This document shows positions 10,515-19,989 of a DNA stretch of 32,000 nt, piece by piece. Position numbers and translations under genes: made by a program. The DNA is from Mycobacterium tuberculosis H37Rv (lineage in GTDB: Bacteria; Actinomycetota; Actinomycetes; Mycobacteriales; Mycobacteriaceae), in contig NC_000962.3 of NCBI RefSeq assembly GCF_000195955.2, positions 3,510,001 to 3,542,000 of the forward strand, in the 5' to 3' direction. Under the pieces are notes generated by a model, which did no database searches, was not told where the DNA came from, and saw nothing but the letters and a program-made list of their open reading frames with translations. Positions within the stretch are counted from its first letter, which is position 1. Each line of letters opens with the position of its first letter.

Positions 10515-11142
10515 CACTGATCGTCCGGCTCTCCCCCACAAGCGGGCGGTACCCCCATCTCGGGCTGACTCCGGCCCGCGTCGTCGCCGGACTAAGTTAC
10601 TGGACGCCGTAGCCGGATTCGGGGTAACGCTTGGTTCGATGTTCAAAAAGACGGTCACCGAGGAGTATCCGGAAAGGCCCGGTCCGGTAGCAGCGCGCTA
10701 CCACGGCCGTCATCAGCTCAACCGGTATCCGGACGGCCTGGAGAAATGCATCGGCTGCGAGTTGTGCGCCTGGGCCTGCCCGGCCGACGCAATCTATGTC
10801 GAGGGCGCGGACAATACCGAAGAGGAGCGGTTTTCGCCGGGCGAACGCTACGGCCGGGTGTACCAGATTAACTATTTGCGTTGCATCGGTTGCGGTTTGT
10901 GCATCGAGGCGTGCCCGACGCGGGCGCTGACGATGACCTATGATTACGAACTGGCCGACGACAACCGCGCCGACCTGATCTACGAGAAGGACCGGCTGCT
11001 GGCCCCGCTGCTGCCCGAGATGGCCGCGCCGCCGCATCCGCGGACGCCCGGTGCCACCGATAAGGACTACTACCTAGGCAATGTGACCGCCGAGGGCTTG
11101 CGGGGCGTGCGTGAGAGCCAGACCACCGGAGATTCCCGATGA
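10507..11142 (+). CDS. nuoI: NADH-quinone oxidoreductase subunit I (2x 4Fe-4S ferredoxin)
   Basis: GTG at 10507 overlaps the nuoH end by 8 nt (alternative ATG at 10501); 211 aa. Two ferredoxin motifs are present: [12 protein letters not shown] and [12 protein letters not shown]. The first ~30 codons are encoded by repeat copy B. Confidence 0.9.
10515..10595. repeat. Interspersed repeat copy B (MIRU-like), embedded in the 5' end of nuoI
   Basis: Core TCCCCCACAAGCGGGCGGTACCCCCAT at 10532-10558. The downstream flank (GGCTGACTCCGGCCCGCGTCGTCGCCGG) resembles the flank of copy C. Outer boundaries are approximate. Confidence 0.6.
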
Positions 11143-11927
11143 CCGCGGTGCTGGCTTCAGATGTCATCGTCCGCACCTCCACCGGGGAAGCGGTGATGTT
11201 CTGGGTGCTCAGTGCGTTGGCGCTGCTGGGCGCGGTCGGGGTTGTGCTGGCCGTCAACGCCGTGTACTCAGCGATGTTTCTGGCGATGACCATGATCATC
11301 CTGGCGGTGTTCTACATGGCCCAGGACGCGCTGTTTTTGGGTGTCGTCCAGGTGGTTGTCTACACCGGCGCGGTGATGATGCTGTTCCTGTTCGTGCTGA
11401 TGCTGATCGGTGTGGACTCCGCGGAATCACTGAAGGAGACGCTGCGCGGGCAGCGGGTCGCCGCGGTGCTGACCGGTGTCGGGTTCGGCGTTCTCCTGAT
11501 CAGCACCATCGGCCAGGTGGCGACCCGAGGTTTTGCCGGACTAACCGTCGCCAACGCCAACGGCAACGTCGAAGGCTTGGCCGCGCTGATTTTTTCCCGT
11601 TACCTGTGGGCGTTCGAGTTGACCAGTGCGCTGTTGATTACCGCCGCCGTCGGGGCGATGGTGCTAGCGCACCGGGAGCGTTTCGAGCGCCGCAAGACCC
11701 AGCGCGAACTCTCCCAGGAACGCTTCCGTCCCGGCGGGCACCCCACCCCGCTGCCCAACCCGGGTGTCTACGCGCGCCACAACGCGGTCGACGTTGCCGC
11801 CCTGCTCCCCGACGGTTCCTATTCCGAATTGTCGGTCCCCCGGATGCTGCGCACCCGCGGGGCCGACGGCCTGCAAACACCCTCGCCCGGAGCCGTCTCC
11901 GGCTCTTTAGAAGGCGGTGCATCATGA
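11139..11927 (+). CDS. nuoJ: NADH-quinone oxidoreductase subunit J
   Basis: 262 aa; ATGA overlap with the nuoI stop. It has an ND6-like hydrophobic core ([26 protein letters not shown]) plus a hydrophilic C-terminal tail. Confidence 0.93.
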
Positions 11928-12223
11928 ATCCGGCCAACTACCTTTATCTTTCGGTGCTGCTATTCACCATCGGAGCCTCCGGTGTGCTGCTGCGACGCAA
12001 CGCGATCGTGATGTTCATGTGCGTCGAGCTCATGCTCAATGCCGTTAACCTGGCGTTCGTCACCTTCGCGCGCATGCATGGCCATCTCGACGCCCAGATG
12101 ATCGCGTTCTTCACCATGGTGGTGGCCGCCTGCGAAGTGGTCGTCGGCCTGGCCATCATCATGACGATTTTCCGTACCCGCAAATCGGCGTCGGTCGACG
12201 ACGCGAATCTACTCAAAGGCTGA
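11924..12223 (+). CDS. nuoK: NADH-quinone oxidoreductase subunit K
   Basis: ATG at 11924 overlaps the nuoJ stop (ATGA); 99 aa. It is ND4L-like ([43 protein letters not shown]...). The 370-aa track ORF is an out-of-frame extension. Confidence 0.95.
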   Translation: MNPANYLYLSVLLFTIGASGVLLRRNAIVMFMCVELMLNAVNLAFVTFARMHGHLDAQMIAFFTMVVAACEVVVGLAIIMTIFRTRKSASVDDANLLKG

Positions 12224-12233
12224 CGACGCCACC

Positions 12234-14135
12234 GTGACAACTTCCTTGGGGACTCACTACACCTGGCTGCTGGTGGCACTGCCACTGGCGGGTGCCGCAA
12301 TCTTGCTGTTCGGCGGCAGACGCACCGATGCGTGGGGCCACCTGCTGGGCTGTGCCGCAGCGCTGGCGGCATTCGGGGTGGGCGCGATGCTGCTGGCCGA
12401 CATGCTCGGTCGCGATGGGCTCGAGCGCGCGATCCATCAGCAGGTGTTCACCTGGATACCCGCCGGCGGACTCCAAGTCGACTTCGGGCTGCAGATCGAT
12501 CAGTTGTCCATGTGCTTCGTGCTGCTGATCTCCGGGGTCGGATCGCTGATTCACATCTATTCGGTCGGCTACATGGCCGAGGACCCGGACCGGCGCAGGT
12601 TTTTCGGCTATCTCAACCTGTTTCTGGCCTCGATGCTGCTGCTGGTGGTCGCCGACAACTATGTGTTGCTGTACGTCGGCTGGGAGGGTGTGGGCCTGGC
12701 GTCGTATCTGTTGATCGGTTTCTGGTACCACAAGCCGTCGGCGGCCACCGCGGCCAAAAAGGCATTCGTGATGAACCGGGTTGGGGACGCCGGCCTAGCG
12801 GTGGGTATGTTCTTGACGTTTAGCACTTTCGGCACCCTGTCGTATGCCGGCGTGTTCGCCGGCGTACCCGCCGCAAGTCGCGCAGTGCTGACCGCGATCG
12901 GGTTGTTGATGCTGTTGGGGGCGTGCGCCAAGTCCGCGCAGGTTCCGCTGCAAGCCTGGCTTGGCGACGCGATGGAGGGCCCCACCCCGGTGTCCGCGCT
13001 GATCCACGCCGCCACCATGGTGACCGCCGGAGTGTATTTGATTGTGCGGTCGGGCCCGCTGTACAACCTGGCGCCCACCGCCCAACTGGCGGTCGTCATC
13101 GTCGGCGCGGTGACGCTGCTGTTTGGGGCGATCATCGGCTGCGCCAAGGACGACATCAAACGTGCGCTGGCAGCCTCGACCATTAGCCAGATCGGCTACA
13201 TGGTGCTGGCCGCGGGCCTGGGTCCGGCCGGCTACGCGTTTGCGATCATGCATCTGCTCACTCACGGTTTCTTCAAGGCCGGCCTATTCCTTGGGTCCGG
13301 CGCGGTGATTCACGCGATGCACGAAGAGCAGGACATGCGCCGTTACGGTGGTCTGCGCGCCGCCCTGCCGGTCACGTTCGCAACCTTCGGCCTGGCGTAT
13401 CTGGCGATTATCGGGGTACCGCCGTTCGCGGGCTTCTTCTCCAAGGATGCGATCATCGAGGCCGCATTGGGCGCCGGCGGCATCCGGGGCTCGCTGCTGG
13501 GCGGTGCCGCGCTGCTGGGTGCGGGCGTCACCGCGTTCTACATGACGCGAGTGATGCTGATGACCTTCTTCGGCGAAAAGCGTTGGACGCCAGGCGCCCA
13601 TCCGCACGAGGCACCGGCCGTGATGACCTGGCCGATGATCTTGCTCGCCGTCGGCTCGGTGTTCTCCGGTGGCCTGCTCGCGGTGGGTGGCACGTTGCGG
13701 CATTGGCTGCAGCCAGTTGTCGGATCTCATGAAGAGGCCACCCATGCGCTGCCGACCTGGGTCGCCACCACCCTGGCGCTCGGTGTGGTCGCCGTCGGTA
13801 TCGCGGTGGCCTACCGGATGTACGGCACCGCGCCGATCCCGAGGGTTGCCCCGGTTCGGGTGTCGGCGCTGACCGCGGCCGCACGTGCGGACCTGTACGG
13901 CGATGCCTTCAACGAGGAGGTGTTCATGCGCCCTGGTGCGCAATTGACCAACGCGGTGGTCGCGGTGGACGACGCGGGTGTGGACGGCTCGGTTAACGCG
14001 CTGGCGACGCTCGTGAGCCAGACTTCGAATCGCCTGCGGCAAATGCAAACCGGCTTCGCCCGTAACTACGCGTTATCGATGCTGGTAGGAGCGGTGTTAG
14101 TGGCGGCGGCGCTGCTGGTGGTGCAGCTGTGGTGA
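12234..14135 (+). CDS. nuoL: NADH-quinone oxidoreductase subunit L
   Basis: 633 aa with a GTG start. It is an ND5-type antiporter-like subunit ([51 protein letters not shown]). Confidence 0.96.
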   Translation: MTTSLGTHYTWLLVALPLAGAAILLFGGRRTDAWGHLLGCAAALAAFGVGAMLLADMLGRDGLERAIHQQVFTWIPAGGLQVDFGLQIDQLSMCFVLLISGVGSLIHIYSVGYMAEDPDRRRFFGYLNLFLASMLLLVVADNYVLLYVGWEGVGLASYLLIGFWYHKPSAATAAKKAFVMNRVGDAGLAVGMFLTFSTFGTLSYAGVFAGVPAASRAVLTAIGLLMLLGACAKSAQVPLQAWLGDAMEGPTPVSALIHAATMVTAGVYLIVRSGPLYNLAPTAQLAVVIVGAVTLLFGAIIGCAKDDIKRALAASTISQIGYMVLAAGLGPAGYAFAIMHLLTHGFFKAGLFLGSGAVIHAMHEEQDMRRYGGLRAALPVTFATFGLAYLAIIGVPPFAGFFSKDAIIEAALGAGGIRGSLLGGAALLGAGVTAFYMTRVMLMTFFGEKRWTPGAHPHEAPAVMTWPMILLAVGSVFSGGLLAVGGTLRHWLQPVVGSHEEATHALPTWVATTLALGVVAVGIAVAYRMYGTAPIPRVAPVRVSALTAAARADLYGDAFNEEVFMRPGAQLTNAVVAVDDAGVDGSVNALATLVSQTSNRLRQMQTGFARNYALSMLVGAVLVAAALLVVQLW

Positions 14136-15793
14136 ATAACGTGCCGTGGCTGAGCGTGCTCTGGCTGGTGCCGCTGGCAGGTGCGGTGCTGATCATCCTG
14201 CTACCACCCGGTCGGCGCCGACTCGCCAAGTGGGCCGGTATGGTTGTCAGCGTCCTGACGTTGGCGGTGTCGATCGTCGTCGCGGCCGAATTCAAGCCCA
14301 GCGCCGAGCCGTATCAGTTCGTCGAAAAGCATTCCTGGATACCGGCGTTCGGCGCCGGCTATACCCTTGGTGTGGACGGCATCGCAGTGGTGCTGGTGTT
14401 GTTGACCACAGTGCTGATTCCGTTGCTGCTGGTGGCCGGCTGGAACGACGCAACCGATGCTGACGACCTGTCCCCCGCAAGCGGGAGGTACCCCCAGCGC
14501 CCGGCTCCGCCGCGCTTGCGATCGTCAGGTGGCGAACGCACCCGAGGCGTGCACGCCTACGTGGCATTGACGCTGGCCATCGAGTCGATGGTGCTGATGT
14601 CGGTGATCGCGCTGGACGTGCTGCTGTTCTACGTGTTCTTCGAGGCCATGCTGATCCCGATGTACTTCCTCATCGGCGGCTTCGGCCAGGGGGCCGGACG
14701 CTCGCGTGCCGCGGTGAAGTTCTTGCTGTACAACCTGTTTGGCGGGTTGATCATGCTGGCGGCGGTGATCGGGCTGTATGTGGTGACCGCACAGTACGAT
14801 TCGGGCACCTTCGACTTCCGTGAGATCGTGGCCGGCGTGGCGGCGGGCCGCTACGGAGCGGACCCGGCGGTGTTCAAGGCGCTGTTCTTGGGCTTCATGT
14901 TCGCGTTCGCGATCAAGGCTCCGCTGTGGCCGTTCCATCGCTGGCTGCCGGACGCCGCCGTCGAGTCCACCCCAGCGACCGCGGTGCTGATGATGGCGGT
15001 GATGGACAAGGTCGGCACCTTCGGCATGCTGCGCTACTGCCTGCAGCTGTTTCCTGACCCGTCAACGTATTTCCGTCCGCTGATCGTGACGCTGGCCATC
15101 ATCGGGGTGATCTACGGCGCGATCGTGGCGATCGGCCAAACCGACATGATGCGGCTGATCGCCTACACCTCGATCTCGCACTTCGGGTTCATCATCGCAG
15201 GCATCTTCGTCATGACCACCCAGGGCCAGAGCGGGTCGACGCTGTACATGCTCAACCACGGCCTGTCCACGGCGGCGGTGTTCCTGATCGCCGGTTTCTT
15301 GATAGCGCGGCGCGGCAGCCGATCGATCGCCGACTACGGCGGTGTCCAGAAGGTGGCGCCCATCCTGGCCGGCACGTTCATGGTCTCGGCCATGGCCACC
15401 GTATCGCTGCCCGGCCTAGCCCCGTTTATCAGCGAATTCCTGGTTCTGCTGGGCACTTTCAGCCGCTACTGGCTGGCGGCGGCGTTCGGCGTTACCGCAC
15501 TGGTCCTCTCGGCCGTTTACATGCTGTGGCTCTACCAGCGGGTGATGACCGGTCCGGTAGCCGAAGGCAACGAACGCATAGGGGATCTGGTGGGCCGCGA
15601 GATGATCGTGGTGGCACCGTTGATCGCGCTGTTACTCGTGCTTGGGGTCTACCCCAAACCTGTGCTCGACATCATCAATCCGGCGGTCGAGAACACCATG
15701 ACCACCATCGGCCAGCATGATCCCGCGCCCAGCGTGGCACACCCGGTTCCGGCCGTGGGCGCCTCCCGGACAGCCGAAGGACCGCACCCATGA
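14132..15793 (+). CDS. nuoM: NADH-quinone oxidoreductase subunit M
   Basis: GTG at 14132 overlaps the nuoL stop (GTGA); an adjacent GTG at 14129 is also possible; 553-554 aa. It is an ND4-type antiporter-like subunit ([49 protein letters not shown]). It carries in-frame repeat copy C. Confidence 0.95.
   Translation: MNNVPWLSVLWLVPLAGAVLIILLPPGRRRLAKWAGMVVSVLTLAVSIVVAAEFKPSAEPYQFVEKHSWIPAFGAGYTLGVDGIAVVLVLLTTVLIPLLLVAGWNDATDADDLSPASGRYPQRPAPPRLRSSGGERTRGVHAYVALTLAIESMVLMSVIALDVLLFYVFFEAMLIPMYFLIGGFGQGAGRSRAAVKFLLYNLFGGLIMLAAVIGLYVVTAQYDSGTFDFREIVAGVAAGRYGADPAVFKALFLGFMFAFAIKAPLWPFHRWLPDAAVESTPATAVLMMAVMDKVGTFGMLRYCLQLFPDPSTYFRPLIVTLAIIGVIYGAIVAIGQTDMMRLIAYTSISHFGFIIAGIFVMTTQGQSGSTLYMLNHGLSTAAVFLIAGFLIARRGSRSIADYGGVQKVAPILAGTFMVSAMATVSLPGLAPFISEFLVLLGTFSRYWLAAAFGVTALVLSAVYMLWLYQRVMTGPVAEGNERIGDLVGREMIVVAPLIALLLVLGVYPKPVLDIINPAVENTMTTIGQHDPAPSVAHPVPAVGASRTAEGPHP
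14458..14553. repeat. Interspersed repeat copy C (MIRU-like), in frame inside nuoM
   Basis: Core TCCCCCGCAAGCGGGAGGTACCCCCAG at 14471-14497. The flank ...GGCTCCGCCGCGCTTGCGATCGTCAGGTGGCG resembles copy B. It encodes the hydrophilic Arg/Pro-rich stretch [33 protein letters not shown] between hydrophobic segments. Outer boundaries are approximate. Confidence 0.65.
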
Positions 15794-17385
15794 TCCTGCC
15801 CGCCCCGCACGTCGAGTACTTCCTGCTCGCTCCGATGCTCATCGTCTTTTCGGTTGCGGTCGCCGGTGTGCTGGCCGAGGCTTTCCTGCCGCGCCGGTGG
15901 CGCTATGGCGCCCAAGTGACGCTCGCCCTTGGCGGGTCGGCAGTGGCACTCATCGCGGTCATCGTGGTGGCCAGGTCGATTCACGGGTCGGGTCACGCCG
16001 CGGTGCTGGGGGCCATAGCCGTGGATCGAGCGACCCTGTTTCTGCAAGGCACCGTACTACTGGTCACGATCATGGCAGTCGTCTTCATGGCCGAACGCAG
16101 CGCCCGGGTGAGTCCGCAACGCCAGAACACCCTCGCTGTGGCGCGGCTCCCTGGACTCGATTCGTTTACCCCGCAGGCTTCCGCCGTGCCCGGCAGCGAT
16201 GCTGAGCGCCAAGCGGAACGGGCGGGAGCCACCCAGACGGAACTTTTCCCGCTGGCGATGCTGTCCGTCGGCGGCATGATGGTGTTTCCCGCGTCCAACG
16301 ACCTGTTGACGATGTTCGTTGCGCTGGAGGTGCTATCGCTGCCGCTGTACCTGATGTGTGGGCTGGCCCGGAATCGCCGCCTGCTGTCGCAGGAAGCCGC
16401 GATGAAGTACTTCCTGCTGGGCGCCTTCTCGTCGGCGTTCTTCCTCTACGGCGTCGCGTTGCTATACGGCGCGACCGGCACGCTGACCTTGCCGGGTATT
16501 CGGGATGCGTTGGCAGCGCGCACCGACGACTCAATGGCGTTGGCCGGCGTCGCGCTGCTCGCGGTCGGCCTACTATTCAAGGTCGGCGCGGTGCCATTCC
16601 ACTCCTGGATTCCCGATGTGTACCAGGGCGCACCCACCCCGATCACCGGGTTCATGGCGGCCGCCACCAAGGTCGCGGCGTTCGGTGCGCTGCTCCGGGT
16701 GGTCTATGTCGCGCTGCCGCCGCTGCACGATCAGTGGCGCCCGGTGCTGTGGGCGATTGCCATCCTCACCATGACGGTGGGCACCGTCACCGCGGTAAAC
16801 CAGACCAACGTCAAGCGTATGCTGGCCTATTCATCGGTCGCGCACGTCGGTTTCATACTTACCGGCGTGATCGCCGATAATCCGGCGGGTCTTTCCGCGA
16901 CGTTGTTCTATCTGGTCGCCTACAGCTTCAGCACGATGGGTGCGTTTGCCATCGTGGGTCTGGTCCGAGGCGCCGACGGCTCAGCAGGTTCAGAGGATGC
17001 CGACCTGTCCCACTGGGCCGGGCTGGGACAGCGTTCACCTATCGTGGGCGTGATGCTGTCGATGTTTCTGCTGGCCTTCGCCGGCATCCCGTTGACCAGT
17101 GGATTCGTCAGCAAGTTCGCGGTGTTTAGGGCCGCCGCTTCCGCCGGCGCGGTGCCGCTGGTAATCGTCGGCGTGATCTCCAGCGGCGTCGCCGCCTACT
17201 TCTACGTGCGGGTGATCGTGAGCATGTTCTTCACCGAAGAATCCGGTGACACACCACACGTGGCGGCACCCGGCGTGCTGAGCAAGGCCGCCATTGCGGT
17301 ATGCACGGTAGTCACCGTGGTGCTGGGGATCGCCCCGCAGCCGGTGCTCGACCTGGCCGACCAGGCCGCCCAGTTGCTGCGCTGA
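15790..17385 (+). CDS. nuoN: NADH-quinone oxidoreductase subunit N
   Basis: 531 aa; ATGA overlap with the nuoM stop. It is an ND2-type antiporter-like subunit (VALEVLSLPLYLMCG, PFHSWIPDVYQGAPTPITGFMAAATKVAAF). Confidence 0.96.
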   Translation: MILPAPHVEYFLLAPMLIVFSVAVAGVLAEAFLPRRWRYGAQVTLALGGSAVALIAVIVVARSIHGSGHAAVLGAIAVDRATLFLQGTVLLVTIMAVVFMAERSARVSPQRQNTLAVARLPGLDSFTPQASAVPGSDAERQAERAGATQTELFPLAMLSVGGMMVFPASNDLLTMFVALEVLSLPLYLMCGLARNRRLLSQEAAMKYFLLGAFSSAFFLYGVALLYGATGTLTLPGIRDALAARTDDSMALAGVALLAVGLLFKVGAVPFHSWIPDVYQGAPTPITGFMAAATKVAAFGALLRVVYVALPPLHDQWRPVLWAIAILTMTVGTVTAVNQTNVKRMLAYSSVAHVGFILTGVIADNPAGLSATLFYLVAYSFSTMGAFAIVGLVRGADGSAGSEDADLSHWAGLGQRSPIVGVMLSMFLLAFAGIPLTSGFVSKFAVFRAAASAGAVPLVIVGVISSGVAAYFYVRVIVSMFFTEESGDTPHVAAPGVLSKAAIAVCTVVTVVLGIAPQPVLDLADQAAQLLR

Positions 17386-17390
17386 ATCCG

Positions 17391-19163
17391 TTAGGGCTGA
17401 CCGAAGAAGCCCGACTGGTCACTGCCCTGATTGAAGCCCCCCGAGCTGTGGTCACCCGTGTTCGCCACACCCGTGTTGAGGGTGCCCGAGTTCGCAATGC
17501 CTGTGGTCTGCAGGCCAGAGTTTGCGATGCCCACGGTGCCGGCACCCGAGTTATAGAAGCCGACGTTGAAGCCGCCGGAGTTGGTGTTATTGATGCCCGA
17601 CTGAACGTCACCGTTGTTCCCATAGCCAGCCGAAACATTGCCCGTGTTAAAGAAGCCTGAGGAATTCATGCCGGTGTTGCCGAAGCCCGAGCTCGAAACG
17701 GATTGGTCGACCGAGCTTCCAAACCCGGTGTTCCGGTCGCCCGAGTCGAAACCGCCCGTATTGATGCTGCCCGAGTTCGCGAATCCCGTATTGATACTGC
17801 CCGCGTTTGCGAAGCCCACGTTTAGGGTGCCCGCGTTGCCAAAGCCCACACTTTGGTTGCCCGCATTGCCAACGCCCACGTTAAAGGAACCGCCGTTCCC
17901 GACGCCCATGTCTTCGTTGCCCGCGTTCCCGATGCCCATATTGAAGAAGCCGGCGTTTCCGAAGCCCGTGTTGGTGTCGCCGGCGTTTCCGAAGCCCGTG
18001 TTGATGTCGCCCGCGTTTCCAAAGCCGAAGTTGTTGTTGCCCGAATTGAAGAAGCCCACGTTGTTGTTGCCAGAGTTGAAGAAACCGATGTTGTTGTTAC
18101 CCGAGTTCCCGAAACCTAGATTCCCGATGCCCGAGTTCAGCGCGCCAATGCCCACCAAGTTGTCGCCGGTGAGCCCAAAACCGATGTTGTTGTTGCCATT
18201 GTTCCCGAGGCCGAGGTTATTGTCGCCGTTGTTTCCGAAACCGATGTTGGAGGAGCCGATGTTTCCACTGCCCAAGTTGAAGGAACCGAGATTTCCGCCG
18301 CCGAAGTTGGTACTTCCGGTGTTTCCACTGCCCAGGTTCCCACTGCCAAAGTTTCCGTTGCCGAGGTTTCCAAAGCCTCGGTTTCCGCTGCCCAGATTGA
18401 CATTGCCAACGTTTCCGCTGCCGAGATTGGTGTTGCCGATATTTCCGCTGCCCAAATTCGTGGCACCGTCATTTCCGCTGCCCACATTGGCGTTGCCGGA
18501 GTTTCCGCTACCTACGTTGGCGTTGCCGGAATTTCCGCTGCCCAGATTGTAGTCACCGGTGTTCCCGCCGCCCAGGTTCCCGACGCCGATGTTGCCGAGG
18601 CCGATCGCGGCGGCCAGCGCCGATGGCGCAGCTGGCAACGCCTGCTGCAGACCAATTGACCACGACGACAGCTGCGCCGCGGCCGCCGATGCCCCGCCGT
18701 GATAGCCCACCATCGCGGCCACATCGGCGGCCCACATCTGTTCATACATCGCCTCAGCGGCCGCGATCGCCGGCGCATTCTGCCCAAACAGATTCGACAA
18801 CACCAACTGCACAAACGCATTACGGTTGGCCGCCACCAGCATCGGATGCACCGTCGCCGCCCGCGCCGCCTCAAACGCACTGGCCACCGCCTTGGCCTGA
18901 GCCGACGCGCCAGCGGCCCGCGCCGCCGCAGCAGCCAACCACCCCGCATACGGCGCCGCCGCCGCGGCCATCGCCGCCGCCGCCGCACCCTGCCAGGACT
19001 GACCCGCCAACCCCGAAGTCACCGACCCAAACGAGGACGCCGCCACCGCCAACTCCGCGGCCAAACGATCCCAAGCCACCGATGCCGCAAGCATCGGCGC
19101 AGACCCCGCACCGGTAAACATCCGCAACGAATTAATCTCCGGCGGCAACACCGAATAATTCAT
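17391..19163 (-). CDS. PPE53: PPE family protein PPE53, MPTR subfamily (Rv3159c)
   Basis: The ATG at 19163 gives 590 aa. The N-terminus is [20 protein letters not shown] with a conserved PPE domain, followed by about 400 aa of NxGxGNxG repeats. The 53-codon upstream extension in the track ORF lacks PPE similarity. Confidence 0.93.
   Translation of the reverse strand: MNYSVLPPEINSLRMFTGAGSAPMLAASVAWDRLAAELAVAASSFGSVTSGLAGQSWQGAAAAAMAAAAAPYAGWLAAAAARAAGASAQAKAVASAFEAARAATVHPMLVAANRNAFVQLVLSNLFGQNAPAIAAAEAMYEQMWAADVAAMVGYHGGASAAAAQLSSWSIGLQQALPAAPSALAAAIGLGNIGVGNLGGGNTGDYNLGSGNSGNANVGSGNSGNANVGSGNDGATNLGSGNIGNTNLGSGNVGNVNLGSGNRGFGNLGNGNFGSGNLGSGNTGSTNFGGGNLGSFNLGSGNIGSSNIGFGNNGDNNLGLGNNGNNNIGFGLTGDNLVGIGALNSGIGNLGFGNSGNNNIGFFNSGNNNVGFFNSGNNNFGFGNAGDINTGFGNAGDTNTGFGNAGFFNMGIGNAGNEDMGVGNGGSFNVGVGNAGNQSVGFGNAGTLNVGFANAGSINTGFANSGSINTGGFDSGDRNTGFGSSVDQSVSSSGFGNTGMNSSGFFNTGNVSAGYGNNGDVQSGINNTNSGGFNVGFYNSGAGTVGIANSGLQTTGIANSGTLNTGVANTGDHSSGGFNQGSDQSGFFGQP
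17394..18602. repeat. MPTR-type degenerate tandem coding repeats (NxGxGNxG) of PPE53
   Basis: Continuous Asn/Gly pentapeptide-like periodicity in the minus-strand translation. It includes near-identical adjacent 30-nt units, for example around 18484-18543 ([10 protein letters not shown] twice). Confidence 0.85.
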
Positions 19164-19337
19164 CAGCCCAGCCCCTTCCCCTACAGGACGTCCCGGCCAA
19201 TGACTCAGGCAACGGTGCACGTCTCTGTACTCGTAGAACAAACTGTAGGAAAACGGCGCGACGAATAACGGCGATTTCGTGAAAATTCTGGTTCCCGTCA
19301 GAAGCACGCCACCCTCGGCCACCTCGTTTGCGCACGC

Positions 19338-19979
19338 CTAGAGCCCGCGGTCGGGGGGTGCGGTCTGGATCTCCAAAGCATCTGCTGCTGCCCGGATCTC
19401 GGCTAGCCGATCAGGGTCCGACAACAGCGCCGTCATCGCGAACTCGACGATCTCGTCCGGGCTGACCGCGAATTCCGGCAGCGCCAGAGCGTCAAACAAC
19501 GCCTGCACCAGCCTGGCAGCCGATAACGGATGCATTGCGCGCACATCACCTTCGCCTTGGCCGGTCTCGATCAGGCCAACCAGCGCGCGTTCCATCTCCG
19601 CGACTAGCTCCCGCTCCGCGACGAAGGATTCCTGATGCAGGTCCGGGGTGATGAGGATGGAAACCAGCACATAGGGCGAAGCATGCAGGTGGTCCAGGGA
19701 TTCCGTCAGCCAGCGGTGCAGCTTGACCACCGCCGGAACCGGCATCGCGGTGATGTGACCGAACAGCTCAAGCGGCCACTCCACGGCGAGCCGCACCAGG
19801 GCCGCAAGGATATCGCGTTTGGCCGAGAAGTGTTTGTAGATGGCCGGCTGCTCCACCCCGACGGCTGCGGCAATGTCTCGCGTCGAGGTGGAGCTGTAAC
19901 CCCGCAGCGCGATGAGCTCGGCAGCGGCCCCCAGGATGCGGAGTGCCGTTGGGCTCCAGCGGCCGGCCTGCCTCGGCAT
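19338..19979 (-). CDS. TetR-family transcriptional repressor (Rv3160c)
   Basis: The ATG at 19979 gives 213 aa. The N-terminal helix-turn-helix is YSSTSTRDIAAAVGVEQPAIYKHFSAKRDIL. The start lies 10 nt after the stop of the upstream oxygenase gene, indicating co-transcription. Confidence 0.9.
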   Translation of the reverse strand: MPRQAGRWSPTALRILGAAAELIALRGYSSTSTRDIAAAVGVEQPAIYKHFSAKRDILAALVRLAVEWPLELFGHITAMPVPAVVKLHRWLTESLDHLHASPYVLVSILITPDLHQESFVAERELVAEMERALVGLIETGQGEGDVRAMHPLSAARLVQALFDALALPEFAVSPDEIVEFAMTALLSDPDRLAEIRAAADALEIQTAPPDRGL

Positions 19980-19989
19980 GCCGGCAAGG

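Noticed and set aside
17638-18552. 304-aa plus-strand ORF (PxLxxPxFPxP periodic sequence) antisense to PPE53
   Set aside because: This is a mirror-frame artefact of the Asn/Gly MPTR repeats: GTT/GCC-rich codons stay open on the opposite strand. It has no start context and no independent domain features.
17394-18602. Regular ~30-nt periodicity that could be mistaken for a CRISPR array
   Set aside because: There is no alternation of conserved repeats with unique spacers. The periodicity is continuous and degenerate, lies in frame within a PPE coding sequence, and no cas genes are present in the window.
19164-19337. PPE53 promoter elements (TACAGT hexamer) in the PPE53-Rv3160c gap
   Set aside because: A TANNNT hexamer alone is common by chance. 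I found no matching -35 element or other support, so it is not reported as a feature.
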